Source: Cyanophora paradoxa CCMP329 (taxonomy: Eukaryota > Plantae > Glaucophyta). Taken from it: 64,000 nucleotides of DNA. The notes beneath the pieces are model-generated. The model did no database searches and was not told where the DNA came from. It worked only from the letters and a program-made list of their open reading frames with translations. A program made the translations under genes and the position numbers. Positions within the stretch are counted from its first letter, which is position 1. Every line of letters starts with the position of its first letter. Positions 39,201-52,008 of this stretch are shown in pieces. The stretch is from contig QPMI01000036.1 in assembly GCA_004431415.1 (NCBI GenBank), positions 519,163-583,162 on the forward strand, read 5' to 3'.

Positions 39201-41078
39201 ACGCTAGCCCCTCCCAGGCCCCGCCTGCCCCGCCCCCTCCAGAACACCCTCCCCGGCGTACCTGACCTAGGCCTAAACCTAGGCCTTTGCCCCTTCCTGC
39301 CTGCCCTGCCCTTTGCCCCTCCCCGCCTGCCTGCCCTGCCCCTCGAGAAGCCTCTTGGGCGCACCTGACCGACTCTGCGTTTTTCATCGAGTGCGCCTCG
39401 TCGTTGACGACCGTCGAGGGGGCCAGCGAGTGCAGGAACCACGCCTCGTGCGCGATCTTCACCTGTTCGTTAGATTAGCGGCGGTCAGTTGAGTAGTAGT
39501 CGCGTGGGCAGGCAGCTGAGATGAGGAGCGGGCGGCGGCCGGGCGGGCGGGTGGGCAGGGTAGCAATCGCTTGCCATGGACTGGGTGGTGACGACGAAGA
39601 GCGGGCGCGCCGGGCGGTGCGCGAAGCCCGCCTCCCGGAGCAGCGCTTTCTTCCCCTGAGGACATAAGAGGCGCGGGATCAGATGACATAAGACAGACAC
39701 CGCAAGGATCGGCGGTTCCCCGCCGCCCCTTTGCTGGCGCCCACCCACGCACCTCGCCGTCGGCCTTGATGTAGGCGTCCGTGGTCTTGACCGCGTCGCG
39801 CGCCCGCTTGGCCGCGTCGAAGGCCCGCCTGCGCTCCTCCGCCTTCGCCCGCAGCTCCCGCTGCAGCTCCGGCCGCTCGTCCTTGTACCCGTGGTACACG
39901 AAGAGCTCCGCCTTGTCGCCGAGCCACCTGCGCGGCGGCGGCCGCCGTCAAGGGACGACCGATCCCGGCGGGGAGCTCGAGTGCGCACTTCTCGATCTCC
40001 TTCTGCCAGTTGCTCTTGAGGGGGCATGGGCACACGATGAGGTAGACTCCGTTGGAGACGCCGTTGATGCCCCAGCAGACGTGGTGCAGCCTGCGGCCGC
40101 GCCCGCCCGCACGCACGCCCGCTCGGCGGGGCGGCGCGTGCGGGGCGCGCGGGCGGGCTGCGCACAGCGCGATGGTGGAGATGATCTGCAGGGTCTTGCC
40201 CAGACCCATCTCGTCGGCCAAGAGGACGCCGTTGCCGCTCAGGGAGCGCAGGACCATGAACTGCGCGAGCGGCGGTCGGCGGGGCCGGCGCGCGGGCGGC
40301 GCTGCGCGGGGCCGAGCGCGCCTGGATTCCGTCGAGCTGGTAGCCGCGCACGAGATCGGCGCTCTCAGGCGTCCCGAGGACGCGGCGCAGGGCGAGGCGG
40401 AGGAGGTAAGGGAATTGATCCTGCAGCGAGGGAGTCGGCGGGCGCGGCGCGCGGGGATCGAGAACGTCGCACCTCCTCCTTTAGGCGCTTGAGCTCGGCG
40501 TCGAGCTTCGCTTGCGTCAAATCCTGCTTCTTGTTCCCGGTGCGCTCCAGGAGGAAGCGCCGCAGGGCGTCCATGAAGTAGACCTTCTGCTTCAGTAGCT
40601 TGTCCTCGAGCTTGCTCATAATGCCAATGAGCGTGATCAGCGCGTCGGTGGCCGCCTTGAACTTCTCCTCGTGAGTCCGAGGCCGCCGCACGACTTTCCC
40701 GCCAGGAGTCTTGCCGGCCTTCGCCGCGGTCCGGGGCGTCGACCCGAGCTCCGCATCGTCTTCGATCGCGGCCCCCCAGAGCTCCTTATGCTCGGCGGTG
40801 ATCTCGTCGTCCGGAGCGGCCACGGGGCCGCCGCAGGCGGCCGCCTCGGCCTCAACCTTCTCCTCGATGTCGTAGGCCGAAGCCGGGTCGATATTTGCGG
40901 GCGTTTCCGGTCGAGAAGAGTCCGCGGGCGAAGCGGGGCCGCTCAGCGCGGCCCGGATCCTCGAGAAGATCGACAGCGGGGACAGCGACGGGGCGGGCTC
41001 CTCAGCCTGGGCCGCCGAGCGCTTCCGCGTGGTCGCCGCTGTCGAGAGGCCCTGCACAGGGCTCGCGGACTTCGCCAT
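34200..41078 (-). CDS. SNF2-family chromatin remodelling ATPase (DDM1/Lsh-like), multi-exon
   Basis: [108 protein letters not shown]. The subfamily and 3' end are tentative. Confidence 0.9.
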
Positions 41079-41215
41079 CTCTCGTTTGGCGGGCTGCGGG
41101 GGGGATGGGCTGAAACCGGGGTAGAGCTGCAATATCGCATCAACGCTTGAGAGCAACTTCGGCCACAGATTATGGCCGAGCCCGCGGTTGGGACTACAAC
41201 CGAGAGGGAGGTGAG

Positions 41216-43958
41216 ATGATGGAGAAGCCACTGCAGCAAGCGAACGGCCCGCCGTCGGATTGTGTTGGAGGAAGTGCCGACGGCGGGGATGCGGCGAGGC
41301 GCTCGGCATTTATTCTGGTCGACCCCGTGGTACGCCCTTCTGTTGCTGCGTCGCCCGCCCCGGCGCGGGAGCCGCGCTCTCCTCCCAATCGTTGGATGAA
41401 TACTGGCTCACCCCGTGGCATTCCGAAGGTCCAGTACACCGAGTTTCTCGACAGATGTGCTACGGCGCATCTTGTGAGCGTATGCGTGTTGATCAACAGG
41501 TGCGCCTGACCGCACCGTGGCACGTCGCGAGCGTCCCTTTCCCGCCGCGGCGCTGGCCGCAATCCAGCGTTTAGCTGCTCTCTGTGGTCGTCGTTATCGC
41601 ATCTGAGGCATTGCGCCGCACGGCAGCGTCGAGAAGTGCCGGGACGAAGCCAGCGAGGTCGGCCCGCCGGATGCCGCGTTCTGCCGCCGTGCTGAGCCGT
41701 GCGCCCCGCAGGAGCGCGTCGTCGCGTCGTTCCGGCGGCGGGAGACGCGCTTCGACCACGTGGTCGGCGCGCCGAACGTTGTGGCCGCTCTCGACCGCCT
41801 GCAGTACCTGGCCGAGCGCGCCGGTACCCGCGCCGCCCGCCCTTCCGCCCTCACAGCGGTCCCCGACGGATGTCTCCAGGCCTGCGGTACGTCGGCGCGG
41901 CCGCCATTGACTCGGAGACTGGACAGGACAGCGTCGACATCCTCGCCTCGTGCCTCGGTGAGCCCGCGACCCGCGCCCCTTCGCCCCTGCGCCCCTGCGC
42001 CCCGCGCGCCCGCTCACGAAGCCTCAGGGCTCCCTCACAATGATCTTGCGACCCTCCGCGCGCGCCGGTGCGCCTCCCCGCCCCGCCCCGCCCCGCCCCG
42101 CCCCGCCCCGCCCAGTCCCGCCCCCCCATCCCTCCCAACCCAGGGGGGTACAGGGACAAGGTGCAGATGAAGCGCGCGGTCCGGGCGGCCGGCCTCCGGT
42201 GCGCGCAGTGGACGACCTGCGATCGCCTCTCGGCCCTGCCCGCCGCCCTCGCCCCGCACCGCTTCCCCGGTCCGCGCCCGGCCGCCCCCTCAGCCACGCC
42301 ACGCCAATCCGAGCCGCGCCGCCGCGCAGTCGTTGTGAAGGCGCCGCAAGGGACGGGTAGCATCCAGGTGTGGATCTGCGGTACCCCCGAGGAGGCCCGC
42401 CGGGCCGTGGAGACCATCCTCTCCAAGCGCGACTTCTTCGGGCGGCACTCCCTCTTCGCCCTGATCGAGGAGTACCTCCCGGGAACGGAGTACGCCGCGA
42501 ACCTCTTCGCGGCCGGCGGGGAGGTCCACATCGAGTCCATCTGGCGCTACGACAAGGGCCGCTCGGCCTCGGGGTGCCCCGTCTACCGCCGCGCCGAGCT
42601 TCTGGACTGCACGGCGCCGCACCTGGAGCCGCTGGCCCGCTACGCGCGGGCCGTGGCGCGCGCCGTGGGGCTCCGCATCGGCCCGGGGCACCTCGAGCTC
42701 AAGTGGGAGGAGGGGGCGTCCGGGGGGGACGGAGGCCCCTGCATGGTCGAGATCGCCTCGCGCGTCTCCGGCGGCTGGAAGTCCTCCATGACCGCCCTCG
42801 TCGTACCCGACTGGGACCCCTTCCAGGTCCGTCCGCGCCCGCGCCCCCCCGCTAGCTAGCCAGTCTACTCTAGCTAGTCTAGTCTACTTGCTCGCCCTTA
42901 TCCCGTACCCCCCGCCCTCAGGCGGCGCTGGACGTGTACAGGGGCGTCCCGCCCGCCCTGCCGCCCTCCTTCCGGCCCCAGGGCGCCGTCCTGCACGTCT
43001 TCCTGCGCGCCCCGCGCCCGGGCACCGTCCGCCGCGTCCGCGGCCTGGCCCAGGTGCTTCCCCCCCCCCCCTCCCCCTCTCCGCGGCTTCCGAGCCTAAT
43101 CGGCGCGACGTCTAATCTAATGTCTAATCTAATAAGCGACTAACCTCTGACCTCTCCTTAAGATCTACTTAATATCAAACCTCGGAACGTCCAACCCAAT
43201 CTAACTCGCATCCCCGCTCAGATCCGGGCGCTGCCGACGTACTTCTGGGACCTGCTGTACGTGGCCGAGGGCGCCCGCGTGCGCGCCACGGCGGACCTCT
43301 TCTCCCACCCCGCCTCCGTCTTCCTCGTCCAGGTACCCCCCCATCCCCCTCCCCCCCCCCCCCCCCCCCTCCCGGCCCCCCGCCTGTCCGAGCCCACGGG
43401 ATTTAGAACTTTACGATAGGAACGCAGCGATTTAGCAGCTTTCACGGTGATTATATGAATAGCGCAGCGATCTAGCAATCCGCGATTCTGCGTTCTCTCT
43501 CTTTCTTACTCTCTCTTTCTTACTCGTTCCGTGCCGCGGCAGACGCCGGGGGTGCCGCGGGCGCGCCTCGACGAGGACGAGCGGGCGGTCCACGAGCTAT
43601 TCCAGCTGGACCTCGAGGAGGGGGGGCGGGGGGGCGACGAGGGGGGGGGGAGGGCGAGGAGGGGGAGGGGGAGGAGGGGGGCGGGGCCCACTCCTCCTCC
43701 TCTTCTCCCCCTTCCTCCTCGGCAGAGGAGGCGGGGGAGGAGGAGGCCGGGCCCTGGCAGCCGACCCGCCGGGCGGCGGCGGGGGCCGGGGCCGGGGGGG
43801 AGGAGGCCTCGGGCCACCCCAACAAGCGGCGGGAGCCGCCCACCTCCTCCTCCTCCTCGTCGGACCCCTCCCCTACGCCCTCGTCCCCGCCCGGCTCCCC
43901 CACTTCCTCCCCCTCCGTGGCCTGCCCGGCGCCCCTGCCGCCCCCGCCCCTCGCGTGA
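41216..43958 (+). CDS. ATP-grasp ligase (L-amino-acid ligase-like), multi-exon
   Basis: ILVDP, LPHNDLATLRARRDKVQMKRAVRAAGL, VVVKAPQGTGS, IEEYLPGTEY, GPGHLE and MVEIASRVSGG. Confidence 0.82.
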
Positions 43959-44704
43959 GCAGAGCAGGCCAGGGCCGAGCAGGGCCCCATGCCGGCCTAT
44001 CATGACTTTCTTCGTTTGTTTATCTACTTTCGACCGGATTTCTTTGCTTTTTCGTTTCCTTGCCAGCTTTCGTTTTTGCTCCTGCGACCCTGTGCCATTT
44101 GTACATTCTCTAGATCAGCTCAAGGGTATGTATGGTATTTCCCTCAGTCGTTGGATGGACATCTGTATCCGTACTTGCAGATTGGTTGCGTTGCTCATGA
44201 GCATTGCGAGCGCATCCCGACAGGCAGTGTGGAACATTAGTGGTAGGCAGTGCCAGTGACCATTCGATACGTTGTAACTGTACGTACGCGTAAGTTCTTG
44301 TCAATCGATCCCATTCTAGGTAATTATAACGCGCGCCACATGCACATGTACACCCGCGCGCCGGGCCCAGCTGCATGCGCAGCGGCTGCAGCTGCGCATG
44401 CGCATGCTGCCCGCGGCCGCATCGATATCGCGGGTCACCGCGGGTTTATTTTATAGTAGCGCGCAGCGTGGCATGCACATGCACAGTGCGTATACTATAC
44501 GCGTATCGCGTACGTATGCAAAGGAACGTTAACACAGATGGATTTGTCGTTAAGCTCGAGACACGGCCTGATGCCGCAAACAACGAGATGGAATACGGAT
44601 GGAAGGGTGAGCTTGGGAAAGCGGGGCGGGACGGAGACGGGGCGCAGGGGGGGGGGAAGCTGGACTTGGGCGGGGCAGGGCAGGGCCGGGCCGGGCCCCG
44701 GGGC

Positions 44705-46297
44705 TCAGTGGGAGGCCAGGGCACGCCCCTCGTCTTCCCTCTCGTACTCGATCTCGACGGACCCGCCCCGCCGCTTCTTCTGCGGCCGGCCCTTCGCCGG
44801 CGGCGGCTGCTTCGCGGCCGCCTTCCCCTTCGCCGGAGCCGCCGCCGGGGCCTTGCCCTTGCCCTTCGCCGCCGCTCTCCGCTTCCCCGGCCGCTCGCCC
44901 TCCTCCTCCTCCTCCTCGTCTTCCTCGTCCTCGTCGTCCTCGTCCGGCTTCCTCCGCTTCCCAGAGGTCGAGCTGCCCGCCCTGCTGCTGCTCCCTTCGT
45001 CTTCGCTCCAGCCGGCGCCTGCCGATCCGAGGAGAGCGGTCGGGCGCGCCCCAAGTTTAAGCGCCCCCGGTCCCCAGTCCCAGGAAAGCGTACCCCCAAA
45101 GTCCTCCATGTCCTCCAGGTCCTCGTCCTCGTCCTCCCCCACCTCGAAATCCTCGACGAACTCGCGCTCCATCTCGCCCTCCTCCTCTGCGCCCCGCGTG
45201 GGCGCCGGAAAAGGAAGCAAAAGGAGCGGCGGCGCGCACCCTCCTCGTCCTCCTCCTCCTCCTCCTCCTCCTCCGCCTCCGCGCCGCCCTGCTCCTCCGC
45301 TTCGGCCTCTGCCTCGTCGAGTGCTGCGCAGGCGACTCCGTCGGCGACGCGAAGGCGAGAGCGGGCCCGCGGCCCGGCGCGGCGGCCGTCCCAGGCGGCG
45401 CACCCTTCTCGTACGCCTGCATCGGGAAGTTGTAGATGTCTCCGTACGTTCCCGCCTGCGAGCGACGCTCAGCGAGTGCGCCTCGGCGAGGAACGAAACA
45501 GCGGAAGCGGAGGGCGAGCCTTGAGGCGCTCCAGGAGCTCCTTCTCGATCGACTTCTCCAGGTTCGCGGCGACCTCCGCCTTGCGCTCGCGGTTCGCCTC
45601 GCGCTGCTCCACCTTCTTGTGGATGCCCACGAGCTTCTTCTTCTGCTCGGCGCGCACGCGGCCGCGTTACGCGCGGATCCGGGCGGAAGGCACGTCGCAC
45701 GGGAGCTAGCGCTCGCGCACCGGCTTGAGCATTAGCTTGCGCATGCGGATAAGCATCTGGGTCATCTTCGTGAGCCGTTGCTTCGCCTTGTGCACGAGGT
45801 ACTTTGGCCAGTACTGCAGGTTCGCGTCGATCTGCTCCAGCGCCTTGGCATAGTTCTTCGAGAGCTTCACGCGCTCCCAGAGCTTCGCGGGCATATGCGC
45901 GCGCTCGATGGTCTTCATGTACAGGTACAGCACGCCCTCCTGCGGCGTGGCGCCCTTGATCAGCGGCGATCGCGATCCGGGAGCGCGGGGCGCGGCCGGA
46001 GGGCGCCCGGCAGCAGGTTTTGAGCCCTCTAGCGCTGGCGCCCGTCATTCCGCGCCCCTGCGGCTGCGGCGCCTCCAAGCCGACCGCGCGGCGCCCTACG
46101 AGGGCGGGGCGGCGAAAGAGGGGGCGCACCTGCTCCCGAATGGTCGCGTATCGCGAGTTGGCGAGCGGGCACGACTGCCGGTTGCACAGGCCGGTGATGT
46201 TGTACTCATTGCGGCAGAAGGTCTGCGTCAGAGTCTTCGCCTTGAAGCTGCAGTGGCCTCGATTAACCAGCTGCCAGATTACTTCGTCAGTCTGCAT
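44705..46297 (-). CDS. MAK16: MAK16 ribosome biogenesis protein (multi-exon)
   Basis: [68 protein letters not shown], an acidic tail and VEIEYE. Confidence 0.96.
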   Translation of the reverse strand: MQTDEVIWQLVNRGHCSFKAKTLTQTFCRNEYNITGLCNRQSCPLANSRYATIREQVRPLFRRPALVGRRAVGLEAPQPQGRGMTGASARGLKTCCRAPSGRAPRSRIAIAADQGRHAAGGRAVPVHEDHRARAYAREALGAREALEELCQGAGADRREPAVLAKVPRAQGEATAHEDDPDAYPHAQANAQAGARALAPVRRAFRPDPRVTRPRARRAEEEARGHPQEGGAARGEPRAQGGGRREPGEVDREGAPGAPQGSPSASAVSFLAEAHSLSVARRRERTETSTTSRCRRTRRVRRLGRPPRRAAGPLSPSRRRRSRLRSTRRGRGRSGGAGRRGGGGGGGGGGGRGGCAPPLLLLPFPAPTRGAEEEGEMEREFVEDFEVGEDEDEDLEDMEDFGGTLSWDWGPGALKLGARPTALLGSAGAGWSEDEGSSSRAGSSTSGKRRKPDEDDEDEEDEEEEEEGERPGKRRAAAKGKGKAPAAAPAKGKAAAKQPPPAKGRPQKKRRGGSVEIEYEREDEGRALASH

Positions 46298-47823
46298 GGC
46301 TGGATCGGCTTCTGGCTGCGCAGCTAGCGCTGGGTCCGGGTACAGGGGCGAAAAGACTTCGACGTGGCCTGGACGTTGCGCTCGGACGTCGACCTGATCA
46401 TGAGCCTGCGCCGAGCGCGAGCTCGAGGCCTTTACCAAGCTAGCTAGGCCACCGCAGAACTCTCCCCGATATCCGAAGCTCGTTAGGTTTCCAGCAAAAT
46501 TCGATTCACAAATCAAAGCTTGCCAGCCTGCAGCGCTCTGGTTGCTATCATGGATACGGTTAAGTCTAATTATAAAGGACCTACCTCGCGTGAAATCTAC
46601 ACTCCAAAAGGGCAATCAATGCTGTGCAGAAAACGCAGAAGAAAAGAAAGAGGAATGCAGATACAACGTACAAGGTGAAAATACTTGTGGCAATGTACAG
46701 CCAGGTCCGGAAACGAGACGAAGTAGTTGTCGCCTATACAAGGTACACTGACAGTACGATCTTGAGTACTAGGTTAAACAGTGAAGCCCCGCTGGGGCGT
46801 AAAAGCCACGAGTCCGAAGTCTGAACAAAACTACGCTCTCCTACGAGAGTCATCCCACACTACAACCACTAAATGAAAGATGCGTCTCTACTCGAGACGA
46901 GAAAAACTACGGGCGACGGTGAGGCGGCCTGCGCCGGCCCCAACGGTCTTCATCTCGTGCGCAAAGCTGCGCCGCCCTCCGAACGGCTCGTTCACTTCGT
47001 GATCCCACTCGGCTCGAGGTCTTCCGCCCTCCAGATGCGACGGACCTGCGAAGCGGAAGGTCGAAAGCGGAAGCGGGTGGCCGGGCCGCAAAAGCAGACA
47101 TTGTACTGGATTACTTGCGGAGGCGAAGCAGGCTGCACGGCTGCAGTGCTCTTCTTTTTGTCAGGTGATGCTGCGCGCTCACTGAGAATGGTGGAAACGG
47201 GCGGACGGGCGGGCGGAGCTGCAGACCTGCGTTGTTGATGCCTCCGACGGCCGCTAGCGCGGCGAGGGCTGTTGCAAGCTGCACAAAATAGACGGACGTC
47301 GGTCAGCGAAAAAACCTTTCTCAGCGCGACGGGTCGGGAGGCGCAAGGATCTCGGCATTCTTAGGGTGGAGCGCCCGGTCGAGCCTCGCACGCGCGAGGG
47401 CATCGATTCTCCTCTCTTTGAACCTCTCTAGAACGCCGGTGACCGACTCTCGCACATCTAAGAGAGTGGGGGGAAGGTGATTCGAGAGTCCGCAGGATAA
47501 CGCACCTTCTGCTTCTCGCTCAGCGAGGCCAGCATATACAGCGCGCGCTCGCTCATCAGAATGCGGGGTCGAGATGCTTTCTTACTAACTGCGCCGATAT
47601 CCTTCACTGCCGAAGCGGGGCAATGCTGGTGCCGAAACGGAGCGCTGAAGCTGCTCCGAGCGCGTCGCTTGCTCGGCGTCCTCGGCGATCTGCTGGCTCC
47701 CGCGGATCTCGCTTTGTGTGGAGCGGTTTTCTTGTGGTGGACGGGTACAGAAGACAATAACTCGTCGACATTGGTGTTCTTCCGCTTCGACGCTTATTTT
47801 GCAGCATTCCTGTGGCTAGCTTA

Positions 47824-48292
47824 ATGGAGGGCGCGGAGCCTCCAGGGCTGCCGCTTGCCCTCGAACAGATCGGCGCCGACGCCACACGGCTCGCGCATTC
47901 CGTCGAGTCGACCATGGCGTCCCTGCGCGGCGCCCTCGCGCAGGTGGGCGGCACCGGTCCGCTCGTGCTCTAGAGCCCAGCGTGATCCGGCCCGCAGATG
48001 ACGAGCGCGACGGGGCAACACATCGTTGTGCACGCGGAGAGCGTCGACGAACTTGCTGCGGTGGTCGACGAAGCTGCAGCGAAGCAGGAGGCGTTCGCGC
48101 ACAGGGTGAAGGAGCTGGAGAACACGTTCGCGGACGTCGAGCGCATGGGCCTTCAGGTCTGTGCGGCGTCGCTCGCCGGGCTGCGGGCGGCCTCCTATCT
48201 CTCCTGAGCGCGTGAACCTGCAGGTCAAACAGATCCGGCGGGAAGTGGACCTTTTCGAGGAGCTGCTCCAGCGGCCCCGCATCCCCCGCTGA
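47824..48292 (+). CDS. BORCS6-like (BLOC-1-related complex) coiled-coil protein, 3 exons
   Basis: Spliced product ..LAHSVESTMASLRGALAQMTSATGQHIVVHAESVDELAAVVD..KELENTFADVERMGLQVKQIRREVDLFE matches the BORCS6 C-terminal helix pattern as I recall it. Confidence 0.6.
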
Positions 48293-49326
48293 CCGGAGAC
48301 GGCGGGCGCTGCAGCTCTCAGCTCGCGTACTGCAGTTTTCGTAGGACCCCTCGCACCCGTCGCCATCGGCGCATGTCCGCACCAGCGCGCCCGCCGTGCA
48401 GGCCCATGCCAACCCACGGAGCCGGCGGGCGATAGCTCAGCGGCTGCAGCTGCAATGCAGCTTGCCCGGCGCCGACCGACGCGGGCCGCGACGGCGGCAG
48501 CTTTTCGGCTCTATGTTGTCTCTTGAGCGGACAGACCGGCGCACCACGTTCCCTGCTCCCTGCATGCGATCCCCCCTTCGAATTTGAATGGACAGTCGCT
48601 GGCCATGGCCGCCCCGCCGGCCGGGAGCTCCACCGCGGGCGGGCGACGCGGACGGCGCTCCGGATCGGAGGCGCTGGCGCCGGTCCGACGGTCGCCGACG
48701 GCACGCGCGCGCGCGGGATCCCGGAGGGCGCTGGTGCCCCGGCCCCGGGAGCCCTCGAGCCTCAGATATCAATCTGCGTTTGGATTCCCCCGCGGTCGCG
48801 GCCGATCGTCCTTGGCCGCCGGCCCGGCGGGCCTCCCGCGCCTCTCATGATCATGATCAGTGCGGTACGACGTATACGGTAGACACCGAAAGGATGTATA
48901 TATATATCAATACGATACTATGATAGAAATAATAAGACTAGTTATACTATGATAGCTGGTTTCGTAGTACAAGCACTACTAGGCTAGCTAGCTCTATATA
49001 GGTGGGCTCTTGCCAAGGGTCGAGCTCTCGAGCTTGCCCCTTCGCTGTCAATGCATTGTTAACCCTCGGAGGTTGATGAGTCACGCGTTGCGGAGGTTGC
49101 ATTGTTATATTGCATTCGGGGAGGCAGGGGGACTAACACGTCCAATGTACCCCCCGGGGGCCTCCCGGCCTCTAACTAGGCTCGGACTCTAACTGAATGC
49201 TGTACCCCCTGCGGTTACTGCCCGAGCCTAGCGAACTTGCGTAACTCGGCCTCGCCCTGTACCCAGTGACTGGTGTCGTCCATCCATTCGCGTACCTCCC
49301 TCTGACGCTTGAGTGACTCACGCTGC

Positions 49327-50705
49327 TCAGGTGAGGGGAGGGGGGCCGTAGAGGAGGGGCCGCGGCGGGGGTACCATGCCAAAGTTTGCCCACTCGGGGG
49401 GTATACCGAATTCACCGTGATCGATTCTCTGAGGCGTGAAGTACTGGCCGTCGCTCAGCGCCAGGTGGTAGAAGGCGTTTCGCAGTCGTCTGAGGAAGCG
49501 GGGCTGCACAGTCTGCGGGTCAAGGCTCTCGAAGCGCCACGGTGCCACAAAGTCAATGATACGCTCCTGCACCCGCGCGGGCAGAGCGAGGATCTGGCTC
49601 TTGCGGTTCGCAAAGGCCATCCACAGTGCTTGTAGGTCCGCCCAATCGCCGTTCAGATCCCTGCGTTCTCGCCTGCCATGATTGCGTGGATTGATCGTCA
49701 TACCCATGAAACGTGCTGCGCCGATGGTGTTTTGATCTGGAAACTCTTGATCGTCGTTAAACTTATCTCGTATCCAGCGCACGAGGTACAGCACGCGTTC
49801 CATAAAGTTCTCCCCGGGCGATCCGCTCCCCGAATCGGGGCCCATCGCCCATCGCCGCCGGTGCAGATCGGATTGTGCGTCGTCCAAGTCCACGGTCCGC
49901 TGTAGGATCTCACCGATGATGGGGCCGTTGTTGTACAGCACGTCGGACTCGCGTGTCCGCGCCATGCTCGCGGCTCGCTGAGAATATCTACCCGTACCCC
50001 CTATCACGTCCACCTCCACGTCAGGCGATTGTTCTCGAAAACGGGGTACGCCTCCTCCTCTGGGGTATAGTGCCGACCTTTGCCTCACCCGGCAGACGGT
50101 TTCGATCGTCCTGCAGCCAGTCGCGCAGTCGCTTGCGCTCGTTGATGGGGGGCCTCGAGTCAAAGGGGGATACGTAGGCGGGGGGCGGGGGTGGGGCGGG
50201 CGGAAGCTCTTGCCAGCTCCGGGGTACGAGCTCGCGTGGAATCTCGAGCTCTGTGTACCGTGAGCCGTCGTACTGTCGGACACCGCCTTCGCCTGTACGC
50301 ATGTACCACTGTATCTCATTTCGAAGCCCATTGATCACATCGCCTTCGCGCCCGTCTCTACCTGCGAGTAAGAAGTTCATGATCTTCAATCTGGCCTCGT
50401 TCGGCAGACGGGCCACGCGGCTTCTAGGCGACATCAGCGCCACGTACAGGGACGTAAGCACACTGCTGAAGTCCCAGTTCCGATCATAGGATGGGGGGCG
50501 AGCCTCACGGTATCCCGCAGCCCCTGGGCTGCAACAGGGCTAGCCCCTCAGCGGAAAGGACGACGTTCCTATCCGATTTCGCATCCCCTCCTTGAACTTA
50601 TCTCGTATCCAATGGGCCAGGCCCCTAACGCGAGTCAGGAACTCTTCGGGGCTCGAATCTTCGTCCATCTGCGGGACCGGGCTCGAATCTTCGTCATCCG
50701 ACATT
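49327..50705 (-). CDS. Orphan protein with two copies of an unknown domain (frameshifted into three ORFs)
   Basis: EEFLTRVRGLAHWIRDKF..IGTSSF..LYVALMSPRSRVARLPNEARLKIMNF parallels ENFMERVLYLVRWIRDKF..IGAARF..LWMAFANRKSQILALPARVQERIIDF. Confidence 0.6.
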
Positions 50706-50756
50706 TGCAATTGCACACAACGAGAAATTCTAAACGCTACTGCGAGGCTACGAGCT

Positions 50757-51392
50757 ATGGACCTACAACAGGGGAGCGCGGCGTGGCACGCTGCGCGCCG
50801 CGAAAAGCTAACCGCCTCGAACTTTGCCGCCGCGTGCGGCATCAACCCGTGGAAATCCAGGGCCCGCCTCTGGGCGGAGCTGAGCGGGATCGCGGAGGAA
50901 AACAACTTTGACAACCCTGCCCTAACCTACGGGCACGACTACGAGCCCCTCGCGGTCTCTATCTACAAGGCACTGAACGATAACGTGGACATTCAACACA
51001 CTGGACTGCACGAACACAAAGAAATGCCGTTCCTCGCCGGGAGCCCCGACGGACTGATAGGAAATGATAGGATTTTAGAGGTGAAATGCCCTTACAAGGG
51101 CGAACTTTACGATAGCGTTCCTACCTATTACATGACTCAACTTCAGGGCCTGCTGGACATAACGGGCCGCGACTGGGCCGAACTTTTCTGTTTCACGCCT
51201 CTGCGCGTGCAAACGTGGTACGTCAGACGGGACGAGAGGTACATCGAGCTCATGCGGCGGTGCTTACATCTATTTTGGATGCACGTGAAGGCTGGAACTC
51301 CGCCCGAGCCCTACAGCGATCGAATGAAGTCAGAGAACCTCAGCGAGGAGCAGGCGGCGCTGCGCGAGTTTAAGTCGTACGCCCTCCTCTAG
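50757..51392 (+). CDS. YqaJ-like viral recombinase / lambda-type 5'-3' exonuclease
   Basis: Intact and intronless: QGSAAWHAARREKLTASNF, YGHDYEP, LAGSPDGL, LEVKCP (PD-(D/E)xK) and YYMTQLQG. Confidence 0.93.
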   Translation: MDLQQGSAAWHAARREKLTASNFAAACGINPWKSRARLWAELSGIAEENNFDNPALTYGHDYEPLAVSIYKALNDNVDIQHTGLHEHKEMPFLAGSPDGLIGNDRILEVKCPYKGELYDSVPTYYMTQLQGLLDITGRDWAELFCFTPLRVQTWYVRRDERYIELMRRCLHLFWMHVKAGTPPEPYSDRMKSENLSEEQAALREFKSYALL

Positions 51393-51730
51393 TGTCCCGA
51401 CCCTCTCAGATATTAATTTAAAGATCTGGAGGGTCGGGACACGTCTCTTGGTCAGACTACTTATGTACGCCCTCCTCTAGTGTCTCGACCCTCTCAGATA
51501 TTAATTTAAAGATCTGGGAGGGTCGGGACACGTCTCTTGGTCAGACTACTTATGTACGCCCTCCTCTAGTGTCTCGACCCTCTCAGATATTAATTTAAAG
51601 ATCTGGGAGGGTCGGGACACGTCTCTTGGTCAGACTACTTATGTACGCCCTCCCTCCTCTAGTGTCCGGACCTTTCCAATAATCTATAAAGAAAGTAGGG
51701 AGGGTCCGGACACGTCTCTTGGTCGGACTC
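51377..51730. repeat. Four tandem 88-89-bp units, each containing a ~50-bp palindrome with an AT-rich centre
   Basis: Units start at 51377, 51465, 51554 and 51643. Core tgtc(c/t)cgaccctc-tcagatattaatttaaagatctg-gagggtcgggaca; unit 4 is diverged. Confidence 0.93.
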
Positions 51731-52008
51731 ACCGTAGCTTGGTGTAGCTCAGGCCCAGGCGGGGAAGGCGAGTCTGCAATGAATCAGACCCCACAGGATT
51801 TGGTTGAGCTGCTCTTTGCAGGGGGGCAGGAAGGCGGCCGCAGAGGGCTAGGGAGACTAGATCTAATTAGTAATCCCACACCGCGCATGTGCAAGCGACA
51901 GAGAACGAAGTGAGTAAATGCAGATCGATGATACGGCAATCATGAGTTGTTCAGAAAAGGTCGGGACACATAGAGAGTGCATGCCCTCACTCTCGTCCGC
52001 CCTCGCAA

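Noticed and set aside
46620-47460. Possible small gene between MAK16 and the BORCS6-like gene
   Set aside because: Some splice-like signals, but no coherent reading frame or recognisable domain.
51377-51730. CRISPR array next to a Cas4-like nuclease
   Set aside because: Sequences between palindromes are identical rather than unique spacers, there are no cas genes, and the nuclease has YqaJ motifs without the Cas4 Fe-S cysteines.
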